64,000 bases of DNA from Nemertoderma westbladi (GCA_032718475.1 JAUCBJ010002187.1:1-64000), one strand, 5' to 3'; numbered from the stretch's first letter, positions 1 to 13,395 are shown. Notes: generated by a model from the sequence alone, not told the origin. A program made the numbers and translations.

Positions 1-999
1 CAATAAAAACAAAGAAGACAATGAGCGAGATGGCTAAATACAAAATATTGTAGTTAAAAAGTACTGTATAAGTTTGGTATGGTATGGTCAATGGTCATTA
101 TGTGATTGCGGGTCTGCCAAACACCCAACTTTCACCCAACTCAGCAACTACACCCCACTTCCGCCCAACTACACAACTTTCACCCAACTACACCCAACTG
201 TATCCAACTTACACCAAATTATACTGTATAGCACCCAACTTCCACAAATTATAATAATGTACAGTAACAAACTCTGAACTTCTTTGAGGAGTTGCTGAGA
301 TATGAGCTTTTTAAAAGCTTCATGTACTGTATTTTGCACCCACTGCGGAGCAATTTATGAAAATACTGTAACAAACTAACGTTTATATTTATTGCAGGTT
401 GGTTCTAGAATAATTGATGAATTTAACAATAAATATACAAAGGAGAGACCGAGACTATTGGCGAACGATCCAGATACCTACAGATGTCTACAGTACATAT
501 ACCACTCACCAAAATCCCAACCTAATGAAGCTACATGTATAAACTAAACTGGCGCTGTGGGATTGCGGTGGAAATGAAAACGGTATTGATATACAGGAGG
601 GTCACACTGTTAACGACGAAATCGCATTGGAAACTTTTGTTGTAAGGAATGACAATGTTTATAATAAGTACAAATTTAATGGACATAATTTCTATATTAT
701 ACAGTACTGTATGTTTAATGCAATTATAATAATGTAATTATCTTTTATGTATCATAGAATACAAGAAAAAAACTAAGCAGCTTTATTTTAAAAATCATGG
801 CCTTTATATTAATTAATAATAATTTATAACAAAACAACAGAAAGAATTTTATAACTTTTTACATTTTTGATAAACTAAAATGGGATCTGGTAAGATCTGT
901 ACAGATCAAGAGAAATTCTGCAAAGAACTTATGATTCACTTCTTATTATCATTACTTCTTATTCTTTCTTATTATTATCATTCTTATTATGATTCACAT

Positions 1000-1357
1000 A
1001 TATGCCAAAATGGACAAGATCTTTACGAGAATCGATAAGATCGTTATACAGTACAGATCTTAGTGGAACTAATAATTCATCACACTAAGGTAGAGAATTG
1101 CGAACGTTGATCAATGTAATCATATAGACACGGCCTGTGGTCTCTAGTACATACAGTATATGTACAGAAATGATATGCCAGAATGGACAAGATCTTTACG
1201 AGAATCGATAAGATCGTTATACAGTACAGATCTTAGTGGAACTAATACAGTAATTCATCACACTAAGGTAGAGAATTGCGAACGTTGATCAATGTAATCA
1301 TATAGACGCGGCCTGTGGTCTCTAGTACATACAGTATATGTACAGTAGGATATGCCA
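1000..1357 (+). repeat. Tandem duplication of ~175 bp (2 copies)
   Basis: ATATGCCAAAATGGACAAGATCTTTACGAGAATCG...CTCTAGTACATACAGTATATGTACAG occurs at ~1000-1167 and again at ~1173-1346. Confidence 0.9.
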
Positions 1358-2055
1358 ATATTCCAAAAGTTCGAGAGGTATTTGCTCGTAACTTTCTAAA
1401 ATATTGGAACTTTTTCTCCAGTACGCCCATACAAAATTTTGTTGAAAATGGTTAAAATCTTCAAAAGTTATTTACGAATGTATTTTTCATTAAAGACAGA
1501 TGGACAGACAGAAAGACGGACGCACGTACATGAAATTTTGCCCTATTTACTAATTATCATTGTGCGTTAAGGCTCGCCTTTACTGCGTGGCTCGACCCAC
1601 AATCGCAGAAAACCATGGTCACGAAATTTTAAAAATTACGTGTATCACCAAATTTCAGTTCCAGAACGAAAAATACCTGTTATGCCTCTGAACGAAACAT
1701 TAGATATATTGTACTGTATGGCCTACACAACTCCACATCCAAAAAAGCGATGTATATTAGAATTTGTATGGTTTTTGGCAACTTTATAATTTGCTTTATA
1801 ATTTTTTATTTTGAAAAATTCTGACATAGGGTGCGAGAAAGTGGTGAAAGTTAAGTGTAGTTGGATGAAAGTTGAATGTAGTTGGGTGGAAGTGGAGCGT
1901 AGTTGGGTGAAAGTGAGTCAAAGTTGAGAGTAGTTGGGTGATAGTTGTGTGGAGAGCTGGATGTTCTGTGGGACGAGTACCGCATTCATGGCGAGACTTA
2001 GCGCACAATTGCAATTAGTAAAAGTAAAGCAAAATTTAATCTCCGTCAGTTTACA

Positions 2056-2300
2056 AAAGCCCGCCTCTGTAATCTGCTCCTTTCCCCCAATTGGTAACAA
2101 TATCGTTTATTGTTTTGGTTAGAAAAGCCCGCCTCTGTAACCTGCTCCTATCCCTCAATTGGTAACAATATCGTTTATTGTTTTGGTTAGAAAAGCCCGC
2201 CTCTGTAACCTGCTCCTATCCCTCAATTGGTAACAATATCGTTTATTGTTTTGGTTAGAAAAGCCCGTCTCTGTAACCTGCTCCTTTCCTTCTATTGGTA
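2056..2300 (+). repeat. 67-bp tandem repeat, ~3.5 copies
   Basis: Unit AAAAGCCCGCCTCTGTAACCTGCTCCTATCCCTCAATTGGTAACAATATCGTTTATTGTTTTGGTTAG repeated head to tail. Confidence 0.9.
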
Positions 2301-2944
2301 GGTAAAAATAACGTCATTCCCATCTTCCCACATTCCGATCTCCCTACATTCCCATCTTCCAACATTCCCACATTCCTATCCACCTTCCTACATTCCCATC
2401 TTGCCATCCACCTTCCTACCATCCCACCGACCGAGCCACCTACCCACCTCTTTAAACAAAGGTTGACCTATTTTATTTCGACTTTCCTGGGCACTCTGGG
2501 AAAGTTCACATTGGCCTAAAAACAAGTAATTTTTTTTAATTATAGAGACATAAATTCAGGCACTATAAATTCAAATATTCAAGCACTTTGTGTTTCCCTG
2601 TATGGGTTGTACATATCTTAGTTTACATATACTGTATGTCGCTGTATATTGGACTTCTTGGGTCTTAAGATAACCCTATACTGGGCTCCCTGATACAGTA
2701 TTAAAGGTAAGAAAATACAAAGTACAGTACTAAATTTGTATAACATTCGAATAATGAATTTATCATGTGTCATGTATGTTAATGTGTCCAGATGTTGTGT
2801 TAAAGCCAGTGTGTTCTTCGCATATTTAACACGAAGTGGGGCCTTCGCGCACCACGTGAGTTAAATTTAATTTAAGTACTAATTCGAAAGTATTACTGTA
2901 TTAGCAAATTTTAAGCAGATTTCGCCTAATCACTTTTTACCTCT

Positions 2945-3790
2945 TTCATTTCTATTCAGACATTTCTGACTCTAGCGGTATAGTGAGAACTGAAGATGGA
3001 TTAGGGTCTCCAGCCCCACAAAGACACAGCCTATGGATGAATAGTACATACGTACATCGGCCAAGTTTCATCTTGAATAACGGATAAAGAAATGAGAGAC
3101 GGATCTCACTTTCAGAAATTTCGTCGTATAGCGGCAGACCGATTAAATCTCCCCCCCCCCCCCCCCCCCCACAAAGACGCAGCATGTGGTCCAGAATATA
3201 TGGCAAGATTCAGCTTAAACTGATTAAAATCAATGAGACGGGAGAATCTATTCACTTTCAGGCATAAAGTAGTCCTATAGCGGGTGACTGTTGAACTGAT
3301 TTTCAACAAAACAAATTTTCAACTTGGCAGCTTTAAATCCGACAAAGTTATTAGTATGTCAAAATCGTAACGACGACAACGATTTCACTTTCAGACCTTT
3401 GGCCCTCTAGCGGCAGACTGGAGAACTGCAGATGGATTCGCCTCCTTTGAAAGTCACAGCTAATGGTCTAATACATATCTGCCAAGTTTCAGCTTAAACG
3501 GATTAAAAGCAAAGAAATGGGAGGGCATTTAATGTTTAGACATGTGGCCCTCTAGCGGGAGACCATTGCACTGATGGTGTCTGAAAGTCTCTCAAAAATC
3601 TCAACTTTTGCTCATATTGATACCTACAAATTTTCAACTTGGCAGCTTTAAATCCGACAAAGTTATTAGCATGTCAAAATCGTAACGACGACGACAACGA
3701 CGACGACGACGACAACTATTTGCATAAATTGACCCACCCCCTAACAGTGTCAATTCGCTAAGGCTCCGCCAACTTCGTGGCTCGCCCCAC
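2945..3790 (+). mobile_element. Possible non-autonomous Helitron/Helentron (DINE-1/HINE-like) relic
   Basis: Internal ~70-bp direct duplication (3311-3383 vs 3626-3700), repeated CTCTAGCGG and GCCAAGTTTCA motifs, and an (ACG)n microsatellite. The end motif AAGGCTCCGCC...GTGGCTCGCCCCAC is also seen at 1569-1600 after a (GACA)-rich stretch. The family call is inference from architecture only. Confidence 0.3.
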
Positions 3791-5228
3791 ATTAGCCTAT
3801 GCCTATGGGGAGTATTGTTGTTGTAAGATAAGTCAGGGGAAGGGAAATACAACTCAACCACTAGATAAAGCGGCTCTCTTTACTACTTTCAGCTATCCCG
3901 GGAGGTTGAATGACAGGCATTTCTAAGCTTTGATATTTAGCCGCTCTAGGTAGACTTGCATTAGGCAAATTCCAAGTGATTTCCTAAAGGTTATCTTATT
4001 CCTATTCTGAACCTAATAGGATCCTATTAGGAGCCTAATATGATCCTATTAGGAGCCTAATAGGATCCTATTAGGATCCAATAGGACGTTATTTAAAAGC
4101 GTTACTGTATCATGATACATAAAGGATAATTACATAATTATAATTGCATTAAACATACTGTATAATATTGAATATTATGTCTATTAATTTTGAACGAATT
4201 ATAGCATTGCCATTCCCATAACAGAAGCTTCCAATGCGATTTCGTCGTTAAGGCTGTGACCCTCCTGTGTATCAATACCTTTTACATTAACACAGCGCCA
4301 GTTTAGTTTGTACTGTAGCTTCATTAGTTTGGAGTTTCGGTGCGTGGTATATGTTGACATCTGTAGGTATCTGGATCGTTCGCCAATAGTCTCGGTCTCT
4401 CCTTTGTATATTTATTGTTAAATTTATCAATTATTCTAGAACCAACCTGCAATAAACATAAACGTCAGTTTGTTACAGTATTTTCATAAATTGCTCAGCA
4501 GTGGGTGCAAAATACAGTACATGAAGCTTTTAAAAAGCTCATATCTCAGCAATTCCTCATAGAAGTTCAGAGTTTGTTACTGTACATATTATAATTTGTG
4601 GAAGTTGGGTGCCATACAGTATAGTTTGGTGTAAGTTGGATGCAGTTGGGTTGAAGTTGGGTGTAGTTTGGTGTTTAGGCAGACCCGTAATCACATAATG
4701 ACCATTGACCATACCATACCAAACTTTTACAGTACTTTTTAACTACAATATTTTGTTTTTTGCCATCTCTCTCATTGTCTTCTTTGTTTTTATTGGCTTG
4801 TTTGTTTTGGGCTTGTTTTGTTCACCGATCATTGTGCTGTGGCTGTCCGATCCTCTGCTACTTTCCCTCAATTTGTACTGTGGTTGGTGCCGTTAACAAC
4901 ATAGTTTATTGTTTTGGTTAGAATGCTGCTGCTGTAACCTGCTCCTTTCCTTAAATTGGTAGGTAACAACAGCGTTTATTGATTCCCACATTCACATTCC
5001 CATCCACCTCCCCACATTTCCATCCAGCAAACCTAAAACAATAATAAGTTGTGAAATAATTGTTGAACTGTATCAAAATCTAATTAATACATTATGACAA
5101 TGTACTGTATAATAATTTCAGATCAGACAGTCTGATTCATAATGTAGGTCTACAAAACTTCTATACATTGACCTGACTGCCTGACTGCGCCTGGCACTCG
5201 CTAATACTAAATTTTCACTTCCTGGTGC

Positions 5229-5493
5229 TCTTTTGTGGTCTTTTGCATTCTTTTGCGGTCTTTTGCTGTCTTTTGCGGTCTTTTGTGGTCTTTTGCGGTA
5301 ATTCGTCTTGCAGTATATCCATGCCTTCTCTGTTCTTTTGTGGTCTTTTGCAGTCTTTTGCGGTCTTTTGTGGTTTTTTGCGGTCTTTTATGGTTTTTTG
5401 CGGTCTTTTGTGGTCTTTTGCGGTCTTTTGTGGTCTTTTGCGGTCTTTTGCGGTCTTTTGCGGTCTTTTTTGGTCTTTTGCGGTCTTTTGCGG
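5229..5493 (+). repeat. 10-bp tandem repeat (GCGGTCTTTT/GTGGTCTTTT)
   Basis: Directly visible in two blocks; accounts for the three overlapping low-complexity ORFs at 5225-5513. Confidence 0.9.
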
Positions 5494-7691
5494 TAATTCG
5501 TAGGACCCGTTAGTGAGTTAGGTACCGTACTGTAGGTAATTTTTAGCCGTCAGCATCAGGCCGTCTGTCCGTGATAAATTAATTACTTAAATTTTAAATT
5601 GAAAATTCGTAAATCTATAAATTATGAAATTAATTAGACCTACAGTATGATTGATTATGAGCGATTGGCGAACGATAACCATACTTTATTTTTTTTTAAA
5701 TAAATAATTAAATTTTTAAATTTTTTTTAAAAACTCCGGCTCCTGCTCCGGCTCCGGCCAAATTGTCCAACTCCGGCTCCTGCTCCGGCTCCGGCCAAAT
5801 CCCAACTCCGATCGAGCCCTAATCTGCAGTGTAATGACTGTACTGTACTTAGAATATAATGGTACATTCTAGCATTCTAGGTACTTTGTACTTTACTTTT
5901 AGCATGTTGTTTAGTTTACAATTTACATTCATGTTATGTCTAACCTTACAGCCTTATGTACCCAGGACTTTATAGTGTCTTTAGGACTAGATTAGATTAT
6001 GCTCCAACAAATATTTAATTACAAATTATATTTGGTGGATACTGGTAGCAATGCCAGGTTAGCCAACTGCAGTTGCTGCTAAGGCTAACTACAGTACAAG
6101 CTACGATTTCGTCTAAGGCTATGGGAGCCCGAGAAAGAAATACTACAAGTTGATGCTACCACCATCTCTTCTAATTTTTCCATACAACAGGAAGGGTATT
6201 ATAAAACGGCTGGATAACAGGATAATGAAATGGGATTAGTAACTGATTAACGTGTTGGGGTCTCCACATAATAAGTACAGAAGTAACAAGTAACACACGT
6301 CATAATCATAAACCAATTGAGGGAAAGGAACAGGTTACAAAGGCAGGCTTTTCTAACTAAAACAATAAACGCCCACTTTTGACTTTACCAATTGAAGGAG
6401 CCCTATAACCTCACCACATACTACTACTACAATCGGCATGATTCATTGCAGCTGCATTATATATATATAGGCCCTATTATGTATTAAGAATGCTGTGCCG
6501 GCTTGTTGACAAAAGTGCGCCTCCACAACTCCATTACACTCTTACAGCCTTATCACCCATGACATTTGCTAGATCATCCGCATCTTCAAGGCCAGTGCCC
6601 TTTAAGACAGTAAGAAAGATGCGTCTCAAGAAAGTCATGGGCTGTCCACCATGCTTATTCACTCCATGAGGTGCACTGGCTGGTCCTCACGGCTTAAAGC
6701 GATGTCCTGCAAAGCGGAGGCGGTTTTGTTCTAGTGTCAAGCTTGGGGGAACCAATGACTGAATGAGACACCTCCAACTCCAATGTTATATTATAGTGTC
6801 TGGTTGGAGATGCAGAGATGTGTGCATTGTACTTGACACAGTGAACCTAATCAAAACAATAAATTAGTCAATAAACATTATCTCAATAACATAATAGGTT
6901 ACAGTTTACAGTAGTCTTATTTTTGCCATACGAAAATACCACAGGTATGGCAGTATGGGTCTGTGGGTATGAATGAACTATACAGCTATAACTCAACTAC
7001 GCTACCGCGGTATACTCCGCTAAGGCAGTAAGGCTACCGCAAACAGGCAAAGTGCAAAGCTATACCACTACTGCAAAAAGTAACTACCGGTACTGATCTC
7101 TGACTGTACGTGTGCGATCCCTGTTTATAATACATATAATAATTAATTTGATCATTAAAATAATGTTGCATTGTAATTACAGAATTATGTAATATATATG
7201 TACTGATACGGGATGCCGTTTTGATTTAAATACCGATATACAGTATGGCAGCATGGGTACACTTGGAGTTGTACTAAAGTCCAATATTGGACTTTGGAGT
7301 CCAAAATTGGACTTTGGAGTCCAAAATTGGACTTGAAGTCTAAAATTGGACTTGAAGTCCAATTTTTGACTTCTCACCGACTGTCTTATGGCAGTATGGA
7401 CCGGGCAAAAATTGGACCAACCGCGCGGCGCGCGACCGGGTTTTAGGTTTATTGCAGCATTGGACCGACAGACCGAGACCGGGTTTTAGACAGTCCACAG
7501 TCCCCTGACCATGACCACTGACTGCCTGATATGATATACTGATATAACCGTAGTGTACTGCCGTACCGATCACCGATATACTACACAACATGCAAGTACC
7601 ACAAACCCTGAAACCACACTCTGACACTGGTCTGCTGGTAGCGTGCCAGCAGGCAAGCAAGGCCTACTGTCAGACTGTACTACCAACTACT

Positions 7692-8667
7692 CAGGGATGG
7701 CAATTAGGTTTTAATATTAGGTTTTATTATTAGGTTTTAATAAAAAACCTAGTGTAAAAATTATTAGGTTTTATTAGGTTTTATTGGGTTTTATTCCAGT
7801 CTGCCACGAGAGTGCAATCCGTTGGCCTAATTATTGGGTATGGGGGAAAAACCTCACATTTCGTTGTGTGCTAGAGTGCTAGACCTTCAAAGACGGTTCG
7901 ATTAGATTAGCAGATTATCCAGTCGGGGAGTTCTATTTACAACTGAGTTGAAATTTAAACTTTATTTTTTAAAATTCAACTTTTGGAGAAGGGTTTAAAA
8001 TTCAACTTTTCTTTAAAATTCAACTTTTGGAGTTGGTTTGGAAATACTGATAAATATGGAATTGGAATCCATTACCAATTACTGGTAGGCCTATTCCATT
8101 GTATAATAATTATGACATAGGCCTATAGCGGTAATTTAATACATCTAACAGTCTAATAAATTCCGGCTGTCCGGTAGTATTTCAACTAATTTGCAAATGT
8201 AATCACTTAAAATGTTTTTAAAAAATGTAATCCCGGCGGTGAAAGTTTTTATTCCATCGGTGATGAGGGTTGATTTTTCGAGTTACACCCATAAAAGAAT
8301 AAAAACACCCTTCTGTAACGTCTTGGGGCTAACTGCAGTACGCAGTACTGTACGTCAGTACGTGTACGATAGTTTTGCCATAGTTTGGTGAGATTATTAT
8401 AAGTTAATAAGTCATACTTGCAATTGCTTCACAGACTTGAGAATAGGCGCAATGAAACCGCAATGGTCGATTTAGTGGGTGTTACAACCTTCAAAACAGC
8501 AATTAAGTCATTGGTTCTCGAAAAATTTCTTAATTTTTGTATGAAAATTTAGGTTTTATTAGGTTTTTTTAGGTTTTATTAGGTTTTATTAGGTTTTATA
8601 AGGTTTTATTCAATTAAAGAAAAAACCTAATTTTGTTTTTTTTTAAATTAGGTTTTAACCATCCCTG
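7692..8667. mobile_element. Non-autonomous hAT-type DNA transposon (976 bp)
   Basis: TIR CAGGGATGG (7692) ... CCATCCCTG (8667). Perfect 8-bp target-site duplication CAACTACT at 7684-7691 and 8668-8675. ATTAGGTTTT subterminal repeats at both ends. An 8-bp TSD with CAG-starting TIRs is typical of hAT. Confidence 0.85.
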
Positions 8668-9044
8668 CAACTACTGTACCGGTACTACCGGCAGACGGTA
8701 TTATTCAGTTATTCGGTATGTAGCTCAAGCCTGCAAGCGACATTACAATTTGATTTCCTGTCAGTATGCAGTACCAGTACCGTACTGTACTACATACTAC
8801 TACTAGCAGTAGCTGGTGGTGCTGGTGGTCGTGGTAGGGGTACATAATTATGTTAAATTGTCTTCTGAATATTGTACTGTAACTTTGATTTTAATATATT
8901 GATAATCGCTCTTCCAAGTACCATCACCCATCACGTCGCAGCTATTCTGCTGACAGATATTACTACTATTCAGCCATTTTATACAGGAGCACCACGCACC
9001 GGTTCCCAAATATATAGCGAAACAAACCTTCAGACAGTCTAAAG

Positions 9045-9803
9045 ATGAAGGTTTGGTCGACGCATAAGGTGTTTGACGCGCCGTGGCAAACGATAGTATT
9101 AGCGCAACTTCGAAAATATCCCAACCAGTTTCAGTCCGCTGTTATCGGCATTGATACGGTGGACAGAGCCATTGACTGCAAAGGCCGCCTGGTTAGCAAA
9201 CGAATTCAGCAGACACAATGGGAACTCGGAGGTCTGGTTTCTTTCGTTAAACGTCTCATAGGAATTGATTTGAACCGAATCGGTATCGTTATGGAGTACA
9301 GCATCATCGACAGAGACAACCAACACCTCCAACTCTGTTCCTCAAACTGTACTTTTTCTGACATGTTTAATTTCTCCGAAAAGATGATTTTTTCTCCTCA
9401 TCCGGTGTTCCCGGAATCAAAGACAGTCCTTTTCCACGAGGCTTCCGTAGATGTTTTTACTATTTTATCGTCGTATTTCGAAGATATATTTATCAGGAAA
9501 TGCGCGGATAATTCCAGTAACGGTCGAAAAGCCATAAACTTTATAGCAAATAGTATAAAATCTGGCGAGTTTGATCCGAGTCGGCCTGGCCAGTTAGTGT
9601 CAAAAGTCGCATCGATGGACACCGCTGTGGAATTAGACGCATCACCCCTGATTAACGTGCCGTTCCCACAGAAACTCTCCGAATCAGTTCTCCCCTTCGC
9701 ACCCGCGAATATGTTCACGCGTCGTACCGCCGAGGAGATTGTCGAAGCTCTCCAGAGAAACGTCGCCGATATAACCAGAGACCTGAATGTAGAAGCGATT
9801 TGA
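9045..9803 (+). CDS. PRELID3: PRELI/MSF1-domain mitochondrial lipid-transfer protein (PRELID3/Slowmo-like), single coding exon
   Basis: 252-aa ATG ORF starting MKVWSTHKVFDAPWQTIVLAQLRKYPNQFQSAVIGIDTVDRAID..GRLVSKR, which matches the PRELI signature (H.F..PW..V..A..RKYPN....V...D..DR.VD..G.L.S.R). Also has later HP..PE.KT and N..GR.A motifs. AATAAA occurs near 10097. Confidence 0.85.
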   Translation: MKVWSTHKVFDAPWQTIVLAQLRKYPNQFQSAVIGIDTVDRAIDCKGRLVSKRIQQTQWELGGLVSFVKRLIGIDLNRIGIVMEYSIIDRDNQHLQLCSSNCTFSDMFNFSEKMIFSPHPVFPESKTVLFHEASVDVFTILSSYFEDIFIRKCADNSSNGRKAINFIANSIKSGEFDPSRPGQLVSKVASMDTAVELDASPLINVPFPQKLSESVLPFAPANMFTRRTAEEIVEALQRNVADITRDLNVEAI

Positions 9804-11639
9804 TGCAGCGAGTTGCTAGATTTAGATTGATTGAATCTATTTTGATATATTATATTCACTAAGTTGATTAGAAAATGCCCTGGGTTCGGGGTGGATTGGA
9901 TATTGGAGATAGATCGGATATATAGTTTGTGGTAGTTCACTTGTTATCATTGAATTTAGGTAAAATATTTTTTTTAGTAATTTGTTTTTGAAACAAAACT
10001 AATGTGAGACAGGCCTTACAATGTCGAATATTTGGATTAGGTCCTGTATAACATTTCCAAAACTACTTTTTAATCGTTTACATTTATTGATCTAACAATA
10101 AAACGGTTTTTCAACTACCGGTAATCATTTTGTTTTATGGAGTTTTTTATGTATCACGTATCTCTCTAAGCGTATGTTATAAAATAAAGAGTAATGTCTA
10201 CTGTATAAAAACAGATACAGTGCATTAATGCATCATTTATTTTTATCCACATACTATTAACTGAACTGAACGTTCAATATATCATTGGTGATATCGAATG
10301 TTAGTACCTTGGAGGATTTCATTGGAAATCATTATGAGTGAGTGAGCAACCTCTTTGTTGTATTGTTTTATGGGTTAACCTAACTCGCTAACTGCATTGT
10401 CAAGTCTTTAGGGTATAACTTGAATTATTAAATCTAATTGATGATAATTGAGTTCGTTTATTTTGCTATTTTTTTGCTAATTTTGCATCGGTGAAACTAT
10501 TGTAATCTCAATATTACAGGTCCGGTGGTATTATAAGCGGTATAAGCCCAGGCCGGTTCATGGAATGCAGATTTTTCTTGTAATTGCTGAATGTCGCCCA
10601 CGGTCCATTTGAATTACTAAAATGGAACTTTATTTTCTATATATACCATGTATTGTATATATTTCATGTGGTGCAGTGGTTTAGTAGTTCACCTATTTGG
10701 TAATCTCCACTACAAGGCTCACGTTTGATTCTCTATAGGTGACGTTTACTGCATTTACCGGTTCGGTATCGCATCGGGTTTATGGTTAGGTTTAGTTTTT
10801 TGGTTGGATGAGTTGGTCCTGCCCAAACTGCCAAGTTACCATAACCCTACTCAAGAGGCTCTAATCTAAGAAATGTTGTGGAATTTCTAAAATTAGGGAG
10901 GGTCATTGTTTTATGACAGTTTTAATTAAGGTTTGGACCGCCACTGCGTGTACTCGTACTGTTTATCTCGTTTCCTAGCAACAAACGTTTACTACGCTCA
11001 TGCAGATTTTAGAATTCGAATTACCCGCGAGAACCATTCAGCAATTTATTCGGTACTTCATGAACACAACTGTGCCATATTTTGATGTTATATCGAATGT
11101 TCTAGAAAATTCTAAATTCCCTAGCCTTGTCATATATTCGATTCAAGTAATTTTGAGATGGGGTGGTTATGGAGCATCTAATGTTGTGCTATTGTCGGTG
11201 TCGTTGCTTGTATATAATATACTGTTAATTGAATTCCATAATTTTACCCGCACTCAATTTTATATAGATTTATGTAACGTGTAAAATGGTAACAAATAAA
11301 CAGGAAAATATCGTAACAATGATTTAATAATTAATATTAACGTAAATTGCGGTCCCATGAGGTATATACATTTGGGGATTGTTGATTAGTTATTAGTTTA
11401 AGTTTCAACGAGATTGAATTCAATCAACAACGGTTTATATAATTTTTGTATATACCTGAATAAATTTATATTTTTCATTGGGTTTAACTTCGCTTCAATT
11501 ATACGTCGCTGAATGTGGTTCAATAACTTTCATGTATTTTTTATTAATTGTCTGAATTGGTAGGCTTAACAGTGATGTGGTCCACATCTCGAAATTGCCT
11601 CTCTTATCGTTTCGTCCTCCCAACAATCCTGCACTTTTC

Positions 11640-12910
11640 CGTCAACCCCAGTATCCGTTCAACCCCGGTATCCGTTCAACCCCAGTATCCGTTCCACCCC
11701 GGTATCCGTTCCACCCCGGTATCCATTCAACCCCAGTATCCTTTCAACCCCAGTATCCGTTCAACCCCAGTATCCGTTCAACCCCTGTATCCGTTCCACC
11801 CCAGTATCCGTTCCACCCCAGTATCCGTTCAACCCCAGTATCCGTTCAACCCCAGTATCCGTTCCACCCCGGTATCCGTTCAACCCCAGTATCCGTTCAA
11901 CTCCAGTATCCATTCAACCCCAGTATCCATTCAACCCCAGTATCCATCCAACCCCAGTATCCATCCAACCCCAGTATCCTTTCAACCCCAGTATCCATTC
12001 AACCCCAGTATCCATCCAACCCCAGTATCCATCCAACCCCAGTATCCGTTCAACCCCAGTATCCGTCAACCCCAGTATCTGTTCAACCCCAGTATCCGTT
12101 CAACCCCAGTATCCGTTAAACCCCAGTATCCGTTCAACCCCGGTATCCGTTCAACCCCTGTATCCGTTCCACCCCAGTATCCGTTCCACCCCAGTATCCG
12201 TTCAACCCCAGTATCCGTTCAACTCCAGTATCCATTCAACCCCAGTATCCATTCAACCCCAGTATCCATCCAACCCCAGTATCCATCCAACCCCAGTATC
12301 CGTTCAACCCCTGTATCCGTTCCACCCCAGTATCCGTTCCACCCCAGTATCCGTTCAACCCCAGTATCCGTTCAACTCCAGTATCCATTCAACCCCAGTA
12401 TCCATTCAACCCCAGTATCCATTCAACCCCAGTATCCATCCAACCCCAGTATCCATCCAACCCCAGTATCCGTTCAACCCCTGTATCCGTTCCACCCCAG
12501 TATCCGTTCCACCCCAGTATCCATTCAACCCCAGTATCCGTTCAACCCCAGTATCCGTTCCACCCCGGTATCCGTTCAACCCCAGTATCCGTTCAACTCC
12601 AGTATCCATTCAACCCCAGTATCCATTCAACCCCAGTATCCATCCAACCCCAGTATCCATCCAACCCCAGTATCCGTTCAACCCCAGTATCCGTCAACCC
12701 CAGTATCTGTTCAACCCCAGTATCCGTTCAACCCCAGTATCCGTTAAACCCCAGTATCCGTTCAACCCCAGTATCCGTTAAACCCCAGTATCCATTCAAC
12801 CCCAGTATCCGTTCAACCCCAGTATCCATTCAACCCCAGTATCCGTTCAACCCCTGTATCCGTTCCACCCCAGTATCCGTTCAACCCCAGTATCCGTTCA
12901 ACCCCAGTAT
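11640..12910 (+). repeat. 17-bp minisatellite (CAACCCCAGTATCCGTT), ~75 copies
   Basis: Directly visible; the P/Q/S-rich ORFs cycle through frames because 17 is not a multiple of 3. Confidence 0.95.
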
Positions 12911-13395
12911 ACTTAAAATACAGTATTACCGGAACATTGTCAAATCGGTGTTATTTCTGAAACGCCATGTTGTAATTGAATTAATTGAGATTTTTAGCTG
13001 CGTTCTATTGGGAACAACTAGTTTGAGTTAATACATAATTTGTAATAATTTTATGGTAATTATGTCTATGTTGTAGAACGTCATGTAATTGCTCTTGACT
13101 GCATTATTGCACCGGCGCGCAGAAATTTTGAAACCAAGTGAAAGCCTACCATTATCCAATGATAGTTGGGTTTACATCGATGATTATCTTTTTTCGTGTC
13201 ACTTGCCTTTTCACATCGTAAGACAAGTGGAGAAGTTGCTATGAGCCATCGACAAACAATATTTCCGTATTTTTATTCACATTTCTTGTTACAGTAATAT
13301 ATTTGAAGCATTATTCAAGCAAGTAAATAGTCGACCGAATCTGGAGGCGGCCCGAAGGCTCTTCTTTCGATAGCGGCTACCCGAATGTAGAGATC

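Larger units (their letters stand above)
1..4795. mobile_element. Foldback-like element / long inverted repeat pair (arms ~1-755 and ~4110-4795; left arm may extend past the window start)
   Basis: Reverse complement of 1-125 (CAATAAAAACAAAGAAGACAATGAG...GGGTCTGCCAAACACC) matches 4670-4795, and 580-755 matches 4110-4280 in reverse complement, with scattered substitutions and indels. No transposase ORF is visible between the arms. Confidence 0.75.

Noticed and set aside
9099-9940. Minus-strand ORFs overlapping the PRELI gene (and similar short antisense ORFs over 16690-17781 and 56503-63684)
   Set aside because: Shadow ORFs of real coding exons with no recognisable motifs.
10665-10740. tRNA-like sequence (A-box-like GTGGTGCAGTGGT, weak B-box GTTTGATTC)
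   Set aside because: No convincing cloverleaf or acceptor stem; at most a decayed tRNA-derived SINE head.
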